The position numbers and the translations under genes are program-made. The notes beneath the pieces were generated by a model. It made no database searches and had not been told where the DNA came from. It was given only the letters and a program-made list of their open reading frames with translations. From Octopus vulgaris (Eukaryota): a stretch of DNA of 64,000 bases. The stretch spans positions 25,110,001 to 25,174,000 of the forward strand of contig OX597819.1 of assembly GCA_951406725.2 (NCBI GenBank). The letters run 5' to 3'. This document shows, one piece after another, positions 40,220 through 54,098 of this stretch. Positions within the stretch are counted from its first letter, which is position 1. Each line of letters opens with the position of its first letter.

Positions 40220-43200
40220 CATAACAAGTGGGGATGCATAGTTCACTTCATAGCCATATGGTTTAGAGTTCTGTTTCACTGTGTAGTACCTCGGGAAAGA
40301 GTCTTCTATTGTAGCCACTGGCTGACCAATGCCTTGTGGGTGGAATTGATAGATGGAAACTGTATGGAAATCTATCATGTATATGTGCATATTCCTGCAT
40401 GCAAATGAATATTTACATCTTACATGTAATCTTCCTACTTTAAACCTTGCCTTACTATTTGTATCTGTACCAAATGCATGATTTTTCGCATCAGCTAAAA
40501 AGAAAGAATTCTGGAATCTGAGATTCTTTTATTACACATTTCAGCCCTAAAGCTGTGGCCATGCTAGGACACTGCCAGTGTCATCACCTTTTCAAAGGCC
40601 ACTCTTACATGATTGGCTTTCGGTGAAGGAGGGAGTTTGACACTGCTGCCCTCTTTTGGGTCTACTGCCTTGATATTGGTTCATCTGGAACCTTGGATAG
40701 CAGGAGGTCAAGTTGTTTCTTGAAAACATCTACCTCCAACTCTATGATGATCCCTCAGATGTTTTGGCAAGGTGGTAAATGGCTGTGGGCCCGGTTTTTA
40801 AATTTTATTTTTTTTTAAGTAATGAAAGTATTTTGCAAGTCTGAAAGTAGTGTTAGCACAATTTGCTACAAATTTTAGACAGATTTGTAATGACAACATC
40901 TAATTTGTGAGCCCTTCAAAAGATCACAGTGTAAATCTGACCTTTGAAAGTCTTTTTTTTCTTAATTTATACAGACATTAGTAGCATAAATATGACACAT
41001 ACATTAATTAGCAGCAGCAGCAGCAACAGAATGTACATAAAATGATCTATCATAATTTATGTTAATACTATTTCTGGTGTATTTTAAATGCCTAGTTGCT
41101 GCTTAACACCTGGTTGGTAATGACTATGCATATATGTATTTATGCATGTCTATGTAAGTGTAATTCTGTATGTGGGTGTTTGTCTATATGTATGTGACAC
41201 GTGGGAGTGTGAGACTTCCATAAGACATTGAAAAATATTTATTTATTCTGAAATCCTTCTGTAATTTAAACAATGAATTGACAAATATTTTAGAAGCTAC
41301 CATTTTTCCCATCGCTTATTGAGCAACAGAAGTCTGTTAATGAACCCAGGTGGAGTTAATTTGCTGAGTAAATTCTTTATACCAGCTGATTAACTATATA
41401 GCTTCAACTAATTGATGATAGCCGAGTACTTCTATTACTGAGGATAATAAGTGCGGGAGAAGAGAGAGAGAAAGCAAATAAACAAAACTAATCAGTTGGA
41501 TATGCACACAAATATGTAGATCTTAGATACACATAGACACATATTTTATGCATACGTATGCAATTATATATAAACACATGCACACACACACTCACATGTA
41601 TACACACACACTTAAACATACATGCTCATTCACACAGACACTCATGTTTCCACCCACACAGTCTCACATACATCTGCCCGTTCTCTCTCTCTCTCTCAAA
41701 AGCATACATTCAAACTCAGGTACACACATACATACTCACAGACAGACAGACAAGCAAACAGACTCAGAAATCATGCACACTTGAGGACATGCTAATGCAT
41801 ATTTGAGGACAGGCTGATGCACACTCAGGGATAGGCTGACACACATTTGAGAACAGGCTTAGACATGATAGAGGACTAGTTGATGCATGATAGAGGAGAG
41901 ACTAATGCACATTTGAGGACAGGCCAATGCACTCTTGGGGACAGGCTGATGCATACTTGAAGACAGGATGATGTACTCTTGAGGACAGGCTAATGAACTG
42001 TCATGAATAGTCTGTCACATACTCAAGAGCCAGTTGATGTATGTTCGAGGGCAGGTTGATAACACATAGATTTTATAATTCATTTCAATGACATTAAATA
42101 TAATTTTGACTTTGGCTAGTCTTGTGAGCGGATTTGGTAAACTGAAACTGTGTGGAAGCTTGGTTATATATGTATATATATATATTTGTATCTCACATAT
42201 CTTTACAACTAGTAGTGGTTTGTTTGCATTCCTGTAATTTAGTTGCTTGGTGAAAATCGTCCTATTGGATAAGGACCAGATTTTGAAAATATAAGTTCTG
42301 GAATCAATGTGATTGACTGAACCCTTTGAGGTGGTGCTCCAGCATGGCCACAGTTCAGTGATTAAAACAAATAAAAGAATAACATGATGTAAACACGCAT
42401 GCACACACATGCCTCAGTTGGCACACAGACCAAACTCAGTACCACTTGGTGGTGAAGCAAACTGCTGAGTTTTTCAAAAATAATGTATATACTGATATGC
42501 ACATGCATGCATCCATGCACTCACACATGCATGCATGCACACACACACACAATAGTAGCATTATTCCTAAATTAGAAACCTTTATTATATCATCTTTAAA
42601 GTAGTGAGTTGATAGAATCATTAAATAACTGGAAAAAAATGTCCTGTGATATTTGTTCTAGGTTTTTAATTTCTGAATTCAAATCCTGAAAGGGTCAGTT
42701 TTACCTTTCATTCCTCTTTGGTTGATAAAATAAAGTATCAACCAAGTGTTAAGTTCAATGCAATTAACTAAAATTGCTGATCTTGGGCCTCACTTGAAAA
42801 TTAAGGACAATAGATTGGTAAAATCATTAGAGCATCACACTAGGGCCTTGCAAAATTCTTTTCCAGTTCTTTACATTCTGAGTTCCAAACTAGCCAAAAT
42901 CACCTTTGCTTTTCATTATTCAGAAGTTGATAAAATACTGTACCAGTCTCTAATATCAACGGCTCCCTATCTCTTCAAAATTACTGTCCTTGTGCTTTAA
43001 TTAGAAATCATTATTATTATCAACTGTATTATGATCAGGGTTATGATTGCAATGGTGCTTCTGATGATGAATCTTTATATATAAAAGAGAGGTTGTGTGC
43101 TGTCTGTCTCCTACGATTTAGATTCCTAACTACTCCCACATTTTGCGGTGCAGTTTAACCAAAAGCGGGTATCTTATAGTCGTGATTCATATCGAGCCCT

Positions 43201-43724
43201 TCTGGGTATTAGCGCACGTCTACGATGAGTCTACGATTTAAAAAAAAATTTACCATCAATTTTTCCCATTTTAATGCATTTTTGGCATATATAAGGGAAG
43301 TAACTCTCTAAAAATTTATTATTAAATCTCAGAACGTAAAAAGCTACAGTAACACCCCACTTTGTGGTTAGCCATATTGAGATGGCTATTATGCTTTACA
43401 TCTCTAAAAATGCTTATATAGTTATTTCCCTTACAAACCCGAGCAATGCCGGGCGATACTGCTAGTTGTTTAATAATTTGATTTGTTTATTGAAGGATAT
43501 TTAAGTCAGAAGATTATATATGGCTTTCTGAATTATTTCTGTCTTTTACTTGTTTTAGTCATTTGACTGCAGCCATGCTGGGGCATTGCCTTGAAGTGTT
43601 TAATCAATCAACATGATTCCAGTATATATATTTTAAATCTGGTACTTATTCTGTCAGTCTCTTTTGCTGAACTGCTCGGTTACGGGGACATAAACCAACA
43701 CAGACACACCACACACATATGCAC

Positions 43725-43775
<51 letters not shown>

Positions 43776-45686
43776 GGGATTTAAGTTTCTGTCTACCACA
43801 TCCACTCACAAGGTTTTGATCAGCTCAGAGCTATAGTAGAGGACACTTGTAAAGTTGTTGCACAGGAGAATTGAACTCAGGACGACATGATTGGGAAGCA
43901 CCACTTCTTAATCACAAAGCCACACCTGTACATATAGGCCACATCAAATATTATATATTTTACGCCATTTGTATTTGTATGTGTTCCTTTTTTTCTGTAT
44001 TACAAAAAAGAAAAGTAAAACGAATATGATTTATAATATTTCCAATGTAATTTTTAAATATGGTATTCAACATATTCCATAACTTTTTGGTAAGAAAAAT
44101 GAGGCAAACCAGTAAAAAAGAAAAAGAAAAAAATTGGGGAAAAAATAACTTTGGCATTAGAACCAGATGAATCTGTAGAATCATCTGTTTCTAATGCCAA
44201 CATTGCCAGACAAATGAGCGAAAGGCAAATGTTTATGTTAAAGAATAAAGAAATTGAGATGGTTAAAATAGTTTTAATGAAAACAAGGAGAAAGAACATC
44301 ATAGAATAATCCTAATCTGATGCTGATCTGCAAAATTCATCATTATAAAGTGATGGGCATTTTCTGCCAAGGCTCATCATCATTACTACCACCGTTATCA
44401 CTACCACCACCAGCTTTCACATCTGCTTTACGTAATTGAAATGAAGATGAATCTTGTATTTAAAGATCCGTATTGGGTTGTCCGGAAAGTTTGTGCCGAT
44501 TTATAATAGCTTACCTTTCGACTTATTTTGGAACATGGTTGAGTCCATAGAATAGGTAGGATTTGACTACACCTCCAATTAGAGCACAGTTTAAGCTATC
44601 TTTTCGTGGAAGAAGATTTGTTCCTATAACCCGTGTTAATTTTGTAACCCTTTAAAGTGGAAGATAAGAAAGTTAATTTTCGGCACTTGATGCTTTGGGA
44701 ACCAGATAAAAATTTTTGCGCCTCGGCTGGGATGTGTTACCCCACCCTTCATATTCACCAGATGTTGCTCCTTCAGATTTCCACTTAATCAGGTCTCTGC
44801 AGAATAGTCTTAATGGTAAAAATTTCAATTCCTTGGATGATGTAAAAAGATACCTTGATGAATTCTTTGCTATGAAACCACCTCAATTCTGGGAAGAGGG
44901 TATTTTCAAGTTAAAGGAAAGATGGAGACGCATTGTACAACAAAATGGTTCATATTTGGTTGATTAAGAATGTAATGGCAAGTATTTATTGACCATTTTC
45001 TTTCCTTTAAAAATTGGCATGAACTTTCCGGATAACCCAATAGTTTGGACAAAGCAAATTTGTATCTCATTTGGAATATTATAAATATTAATAATAATAA
45101 GGCTAATTTTGGCACAAGGCCAGCAATTTTGAAGGAAGGAGCATGTCAATTACATCAACTCCAATGCACAACTGGTACCTATTTCAATAAGCCTGAAAGT
45201 ATTAAAGGTAAAGTCAATCTTGGCAGCATTTGAGCCCAGAATGTAGACTCAGAGGAAATGCCCCTAAGCATTACTGTTCAGCACAGTAGTGGGGATTCCA
45301 CAAGGTTGTTGCCTTACATAATAAAAATAATAATCCTTTCTACCATAGGCACAAGGTCTGGAATTTTAGGGGAAGGGGAAGTTGACTACATCAATTCCAG
45401 TGTTCAACTGGTCCTTGTTTTATAAACCCCGAAGGGATGATAGGTAAAATCAACCTTGACAGCTTTTGAATTTAGAATGTAGTCAGAAGAAATGCCACTA
45501 AACATTTTGTCCAGTGTAGTAACAATTCTGCAATCTCACCACCTTAATTAATAAAAATAATTAAAATAATGATAATGATGGTGATGATGATGATGATAAT
45601 AATAATAATGATAATGATGATAATAATGATAATAATAATAATAATAATAATGATAATAATGATAGTGATAATGATAATAATAATAG

Positions 45687-45726
<40 letters not shown>

Positions 45727-45828
45727 GATAATGATAATAGTAATGATAATGATAATAATGATGATAATAGTAATGATAATGATAATAATAATAATAATGA
45801 TAATAATGATAATAATAATGATAATGAT

Positions 45829-45859
<31 letters not shown>

Positions 45860-46188
45860 TCGCAATTGTGGAGATGGTTGGCTATGAAGAAAGCTTGACC
45901 GAATTCTTTAATGCTTCTAGTTTGGCATATTGCCTCTTGTAAGTTCTAATCTCAGAGTTGCTTTTTATTTCCAAAGACACTAGTAATAAATACTATCCTT
46001 ATATTTAGCTCGGTTAAATTGACTATATCCTCCCACACTGGAAGTATTGTTAGAAGGTTGGGAAAAACTGCCTTTGCAGTACTTGTTCTGGTTTTTTACT
46101 CATTAAGAGTTCAAATCCTACTTACATCATCTTCTGCTCATGATCAGAAATGCACATATCGTCAGCCAATAAGGGACATGCTCAACTG

Positions 46189-46236
<48 letters not shown>

Positions 46237-47233
46237 GAGTGAGAGAGCAGTGCATGGCATCAAAGTGACACTGGGGTGAAATATACGAAGCCCAATATAC
46301 CCATCATGACTACCCGTCTGATAAGGGTACACCAGGCACATGCATCACAACCATATGTGTGCGACATGGTGATCTCATATCAAGATAAACAGCATATGAC
46401 CTTGCAGGTGGGGCCCAGTTAGAATTTTCTTCAGGTCGAGTAACCCATCCCGCTCAAAAGGTCCCTGAATAAAGGTTGTTTAAGGACGTTGAATGAAACA
46501 CCCATGTTTCCAGAGGTGAATTATTCAAACCCCAAAGAATCCCTCTCAACGCATGGCTATGATGCTCCCCCACTACTTCTGCTCTCTCTCGATCAGAAAT
46601 GCACATATCGTCAGCCAATAAGGGACATGCTCAACTGGTTATTATTATTATTATTGAGTGAGAGAGCAGTTCATGCCATCAAAGTGACACTGGGGTAAAA
46701 TATACGAAGCCCAATATACCCATCATGACTACCCGTCTGATAAGGGTACACCAGGCACATGCATCACAACTATATGTGCACAACATGGTGATCACATATC
46801 AAGATAAACAGCACATGAACTTGCAGGTGGGGCACAGTTAGAATTTTCTTCTGGTTGAGTAGCCCATCCTGCTCAAACGGTCCCTGAATAAGGGTTGTTT
46901 AAGGACGTTGAATGAAACACCCATGTTTCCAAAGGTGAATTATTCAAACCCCAAAGAATCCCTCTCAACACATTGGCTATGATGCTCCCCCACTACTTCT
47001 GCTCATGATCCGAGATGCACATATCGTCAGCCACTAAGGGACATGCTCAACTGGTTAAAGTCAAACAACTGACAAGCAAATCTGTGGTATTGAGCAGAAT
47101 ATTTGCTGTAGCCCATCTTTTATACCAAGACAAAACAATGAACATGATAACACTTCCAATCAGTTAAGATCAGAAGCCATGAGAGCCACTGCCTGGTACT
47201 GCATCAGGGCATTGCCTGGTACTGCATCAGGGC

Positions 47234-47282
<49 letters not shown>

Positions 47283-50200
47283 AGTTGGTGGGAGTGGTCA
47301 GTGTAGATTGCCAGACTGAATGCGTTGTTACATCCCTATGTGCTCTGAGTTCATATCTTATCTGGCTTGATCTTTGCCTTTCATCTTTCTAGAACTGCCA
47401 CTGCAGCAGCAGCAGCAGCAACAGCAGTTTAGTCAGCTCTTTATGTTGGTATGGATTGGACAGTTTTGACTGTTCCTCAAGTCTCTGGTTGTACAAAAGA
47501 AAAGCTGAATGGAAAATTGGATACAACATATCGTTTTTTATTACAGTCAACCTGCTCTCAAACAAACACCGAATAACAAATAGTGCAGTTTGATGCTGAA
47601 ATCTAGGACTGTACTGAAGACTGGGTTAGATCTTACTCTCATATATGAAACACACACACACACACACACACACACACTTTTACCAAAATGGACTAATAAA
47701 AGGCATGGACACAGTTACCACATCTTCAGACAAATGACAGAAATAAAATTCTGGTTGATTCTGTTCAGTAGCAGCAACAGTATTTCTGAAGTTTCCTAGC
47801 TATACATCTTTAGAGATAAATTTTTGTTCTGGTATTTACATTTTGGTTGGTTTTAGTTCAGAGATCATCAGGTGTCCTATTCTCAGATTTATGAGATACC
47901 TATATCCTTAGCATTGGACAGCACTCAAACTAAGAACCATTGATAATGCAAAAGAGATTGAGATGTTTCATTTCTTTTCTATAATTTAGTAACTTGCACA
48001 TTTTCTTAGAATAAAGAAAATGTGAGCAACTATTAAGTTCTCTGTGTTTCAAATTATTTATCATTTATTTTTCTTTTCTCTTTATCTAGAAAGTCTATTC
48101 TAGGGTAGCAAGAATATGTAAGGTAAGTACATTCACAGAAATATGATGAATTTTGTGATTTATGTCAAAACTGTATATATTTTGTTCTATAGCATACTTG
48201 TATACTTTATGAATAATGGATATTTATGATTGGTCATTCCCTTGGCTATTACTGTCTTGGGTCCTAGGACTCATAAGGCAGCTTACCCAGTTTCACTGCT
48301 GTGCAAGTGACCAAGATCACAATGTTCCCTCCGAACAGGATGCCAGTTCATTGCAGGGTTACTAATTTACAGCCAAGTGGACTGGAGTAATGTGAAATGA
48401 AGTGTTTTGTTCAAGAATGTAGCACACTGCCCAGTTTGGAAATTGAAACCATAATTTTATGATCATGGGTGCAACACCTTAACCACTATGCCATCTATGC
48501 TAGATAAAAAGGGTAAAGACCCCCTTCTGTCATGAATGACCATGGGATTGCACCTAGAAAGTTACCCTCAGAGGCACAAGTCTGCACAGGATTGTTTCTA
48601 GAAGACCAGCAGTCGTTCATGCATACCAGCCTCCCTTCTCCCAACCACTGATGTTATCCAAGGGAAAAGCAAATGCTAATACAGCTTGGCACCAGTGATG
48701 TTGCATCTCATTTCTACAACTGAGTGAGTTGGAGCAATGTGAAATAAAGTGTTTTGCTCAAGAACACAACATACAGCCTGGTCCAGGAATCATATTCACT
48801 ACCTCATGAGTGTGACCCTGACGCTCTAACCACTGAACCATGTGCCTAAAAATTCTATGGAGTTCAAAATAGGTGTGTGTGTATGTGTGTGTGTGTGTGT
48901 GTGTACGTGTGTGTGTGTTTGTTACATTAGAAATCAGGTAAAATTTACTAACTAGTAACTGTAAACAGCGTGTGGAGGACTTACAGTGGAATTTTAATGG
49001 TGGCAGTCTTGAAACTGAATAATTTTCATGTAAGAAATTTATGATGGAAATCTCATCCATTGTTTTTACACCCCTTTTTTTGTTTTTTTCTTTTACTCTT
49101 CAGACTGACAGAGGAGGAGATAGCCTCCTTCTAGAAAACAACTGGACGACTTTTCTTAAGTCCCGGATTAACTGTTCTCTTCCAGGAGAGTTTCCATTTT
49201 ATTTCAATGAAATTCAGCATACCTTCTATTCCAAAGAAGAGAATTTAATATATGCTGTGTTTGGCACCGGAGAGTAAGTTTGCATTTAATATCCATTAGT
49301 TGTTGTTGTTGTTGTTATTATTATTCCCCCCTTTGTTCCTTTTCCTCTTCCTCCTTCACCACTACTGCTATCATCATCATCATCATCGTCGTCATCGTCA
49401 TTTCTTACAAAGCAATAAAATTACCATAATATCTGTGTTAATGAAAATATTTTCCCACTGGAAACTGATAGCAAGCTCAGCAAGTAAATAAATAAATAAA
49501 TAAGAACAAAAAGAAAGCAATGAAATAGATGCAAAGTGTGCCATTGGGGAAATTGTTGATTGTTTTTTTTATCCTGTCCAACACAGAAAATGCTCACCGG
49601 CACTTTAGGTGCGCCAGATTCTAGCTTGATGAGGGACAGGTAAGTAAAGTCATGAAGTGCTCTAACCCAACTTATCTGGCTGGTCCCTACCTTAGTGTAG
49701 ATGGATGGTACTCCATATTTTTTTCTCTTGTTTCCTTAAATTATATCTTTTTTTTTTAATCATATCTGTATTCTTATTTGCTTTACTGGGAATCCAGCAG
49801 AGATGATGTTTAACCTATTCCCACTATAGCAGGAATATGGAGTGACAAGGTTAAGGTTTCTGGTTTTGTTACCAACAATCAAGATAGGGAAAATTAATAA
49901 AAGACAATACAGCAATATATGGCTGAGTTTTCTATATTCATTACTTTACAGAAAAATGTTTTCTGCTTAAGGCAGCCGAGAATATAAATATATATATATT
50001 AAAATATATTACATACATGGTGCACATAAAAAGCACCCACTACACTCGCGGAGTTGTTGGCGTTAGGAAGGGCATCCAGCTGTAGAAACACTGCCAGATC
50101 AGACTGGAGCCTGAAGCAGCCCCTGGCTTCCCAGACCCCGGCTCCCCAGACCCCGGTCGAACCGTCCAACCCGTGCTAGAGTGGAAAACGGACGTTAAAC

Positions 50201-51118
50201 GATGATGATGATGATGATAAGAGGGATGACCTCTAAGTGGACATCTATTACGCTAGAAGAAAATCCGCTATGATCTTACCACTAAGAAAGGAATGTTCTC
50301 AAGAAAAGTTAGCAAACACCAGAATGTGAGTGAGGAAGACAAATGAAAAGATACAAAATATAGATTAATCACAAACCAGGTTTCGTTTCTCGCTTACGTT
50401 CTGGCATTTGCTAAATTTTCTTCAGAACATTCCTTTCTTAGTGGTAAGACCATAGCGGATCTTCTTCTAGCATAATGGATGTCCACTTACAGGTCATCCC
50501 TTTTATATGTATGTACTATAATTTTTTCTGAATCTTCAGATTTTTCAATATGCTAGACCACTGGTTTTAAATTGATATTAATCAAATTAATATTCAATTT
50601 TTCACCTTTATTATTTTAAATTTTATATTAAAATATATTAGATAGATTATCATAGTTTGAGTTATTTATGAGTTGTAATCCTTTTTTTTTTTTACCATTC
50701 TGTTTCCAGCAACAGCATACCAGGTTCAGCTATCTGTATATATGATATACATGCATTCCATCGGTCATTCTCTGGTGCTTTCAAATACCAGATGAATGCT
50801 AACACAGCATGGATGAAAATGGAAAATCCAAAAGCAGATTCACAGGTATGACTACTATTATTAAAATGGAATTTTATTTTAATTTTTTAAATTTTATCTA
50901 GTTTCAACTTTCGAGCTGTGGCCATGCTGGGGCACCACCAGTATATTTTTAGTATGGAACTGGTTTATTTAATAGAGATGACTTGCTGTTATTGTGAAAC
51001 ATATTGATTATTGTTTGGATTTTAAATGCAATTTTAAATTAATGGTATTTTTATTGAGTAAAGATTATACTTCAACTATCCTGACCATGAGTTACTAGAA
51101 CCTAAACATGAGTCATTG

Positions 51119-51156
<38 letters not shown>

Positions 51157-52558
51157 GAATGACAAATTAAGATAAACACAAGTTTATATTAGTTCCAAAC
51201 TTTGGCACAAGGCCAGCAATTTTGAGGAAGGGACTAAGGACTAAAGTCAAGTAGATTGGCCCCAGTTCTCAATTGATACTCATTTCATCAACTCTGAAGG
51301 GATAGAAGACAAAGTCGACCTCAGAAGACTTTGAATTCTGAATGTAAAGATGGATGAAATGTCTCAAAGAATTTTGCCCAGTATGCTAACAATTCTGCTA
51401 GCTTGTGGCCTTGACACACAAGTTTATCTTATTAGTTCCTACATGTGTTTCACCCTTATGATTATTTGGAACCCTGCACTGGGTGTTTCAATTGGATGCT
51501 TAACAAGAATGGATCATCAGGGAACACTTTATTGCATTAAGCTGCAGTATACAACAGAAAGTTTACCTGATGAACCATTCTGATTAAGCATCCAAGTGCA
51601 CTTGGGACACTCAGTGCAGGGTTCCAGACAACCAGAATGATGAAACATACATAGGAACTAATAAGATAAACTTGCAGTCATCTTAATCTCTCCAGCATTT
51701 GCCCTGTATTTAATAACAAGTATTACTACTTAGTTTAGGAGTTACTTAATCACTCTACTAAAAGTAGACTGGAATATGGTAATCTACATGGAACTTTAGA
51801 CATAACAGTAGCAGTTATACATATATTCGTATGCACAAAACATAATATACTAGCAGTATTGCCTGGCGTTGCTCGGGTTTGTAAGGGAAATAACTATATA
51901 AGCATTTTTAGAGAGTTATAAGCCAAAAAATAGCAAAAAATGCATTAAAAATGGAAAAAAAATTATGGTAAATTTTTTTTTAAATCGTTGACTCATCGTA
52001 GACATATTTAGAGAGTTACTTTCCTTACATAATAGCGAAAAAAATGCATTAAAATGGAAAAAAATGATGGTAAATTTTTTTTTAAATCATAGACTCATCA
52101 TAGACACGCACTAATACCCAGAAGGGCTCGATATGAATCACGACTATAAGATACCCGGTTTTGGTTAAACTGCACCGCAAAATGTGGGAGTAGTTACGAA
52201 TCTAAATCATAGGAGACAGACACACAACTTGACTTTTATATATACAAATATGTATAGAATTTTTGAATGATTGAACATGAAAGATATAAAACTATAAATA
52301 TTAGTATGCAGAATATTGGATTAATAAACCTCTTAGATGAAAAGAAATCAAAGGTTGTCTGTGAGATTTGAAACTACACCTTCTGTATGCATGATGGACA
52401 TTTTAACCATTATACCGAAATGACACTTCAAATTTTCTCTTTCCATTTTAGATGTCTTGCTCTTACCAGCAAGAATTGTATGTCATTTATTTAATAAAAA
52501 TCTAGAAACTTTGCAAGATATGAAGTGTATCGTTTTAACAGCAGAATGTTTATATGCC

Positions 52559-52621
<63 letters not shown>

Positions 52622-54059
52622 TGTTTGCACAATCGAAACTTCAAGAGACATAAAGTCTATCATTTTTAATGGTGTAACTTGAAACAGATAAAGCTATAAA
52701 TAGTAGCATTTAGATTTGTAGGTTAAAAAACACATGATGAAGAAAAGTTGAAGTTTGATTCTAGGGCTCAAATCTGAATCTTCTAAATTCTTATAATATA
52801 AATAATACATTTCTTGCTAGTAAAAACAAAACTTCTCAAATGGATGGAATAAATTGTAAGGGTTGTTTTGTTATAATGGTTAGAATATCTGTCCTATTTA
52901 CAGTAGGTATTGGTTCAAGTACCCCAGGTAGCCTTCTACTTTTTTTTCCATCCAAGGGTGTGTTAACCCAGTATTCCACTCTGTATTATATGTGGCTTTA
53001 TCTGCTTCGGGTTACACCATTAAAAAATGATACACTTTATATCTCTTGAAGTTTCTATTGTGTAAACAATACATATGCACACACACATACACACATGTAC
53101 GTATATAAATATACATACACACACATATATACATATACATTCATACATACGTATGTATGTTTATATATGTATATATTTATATGCAGAGAAAAACTGAAAG
53201 CGAGAGATAGAGAAATGAGTAAGATACCATCTTTAATTAGCATATTTATTGCTTCTTTACAAAACTGCATAGAATGGAGACTGCATAGTAATTGCTTTTA
53301 ATTTAATGTTTGATTATAATTATAAGAGTAATTAAAATAAAAAAACAATTATAACAAATGCATCACTACTGAATGGTATAACAAATTTAGTTTATGTAAG
53401 TAATATATATATATATACATGATGTGTTTTTGTGTTGTTTCAGTGTCCCAGTCCAGGAAGCAGCAGTAAGCGTTCCTTTAGTAACCATATCTCACAAGTA
53501 CTCCTAGATGCGGAGAAATATCAAATGATGAACGATGCCGTTCAGCCAATAACTAACCGTCCTCCTTTTGTGGGTGTGGGTGAGAGGTAGGTCAAATATT
53601 AAACTGTATTCTTTGTATATGATCGCAACATCACTTCTACCACCAACACCAATCATTTCATCTGTCTCTTCCTAACCTCTCTGCTGAAGGGAAATGGCCC
53701 CATATATTATAATTTTGTGCTGCTCCTGATAGCAAATGAACATATTAAACTCTTCTAGGAACTCTTTTGGAAAAATTATTGCTGATGTAACCCATTTCAA
53801 CCAGATTTTACTTTAATTCACTCCCCTCTTTCTCATACATATACACTCAAATATACACATGTTTGTGTCACTGTCATGAAAGTAATATGGGATATATTAG
53901 TGGAAATTAAATATATAAATGCTTTCACTGCTTTTCTCATGAACAATTTCAATTATAATCCTTTCTATACTAAAGGCAGAGGACCTGAAATTTTGTGTGA
54001 GGGAACTTATTGGTTACATTCATCCTAGTGCTCAACCTCAGTTACATTACCTTAAAAGG

Positions 54060-54098
<39 letters not shown>

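Noticed and set aside
41775-41997. CRISPR-like array
   Set aside because: The units are contiguous with no unique spacers, there are no cas genes, and the context is a eukaryotic intron.
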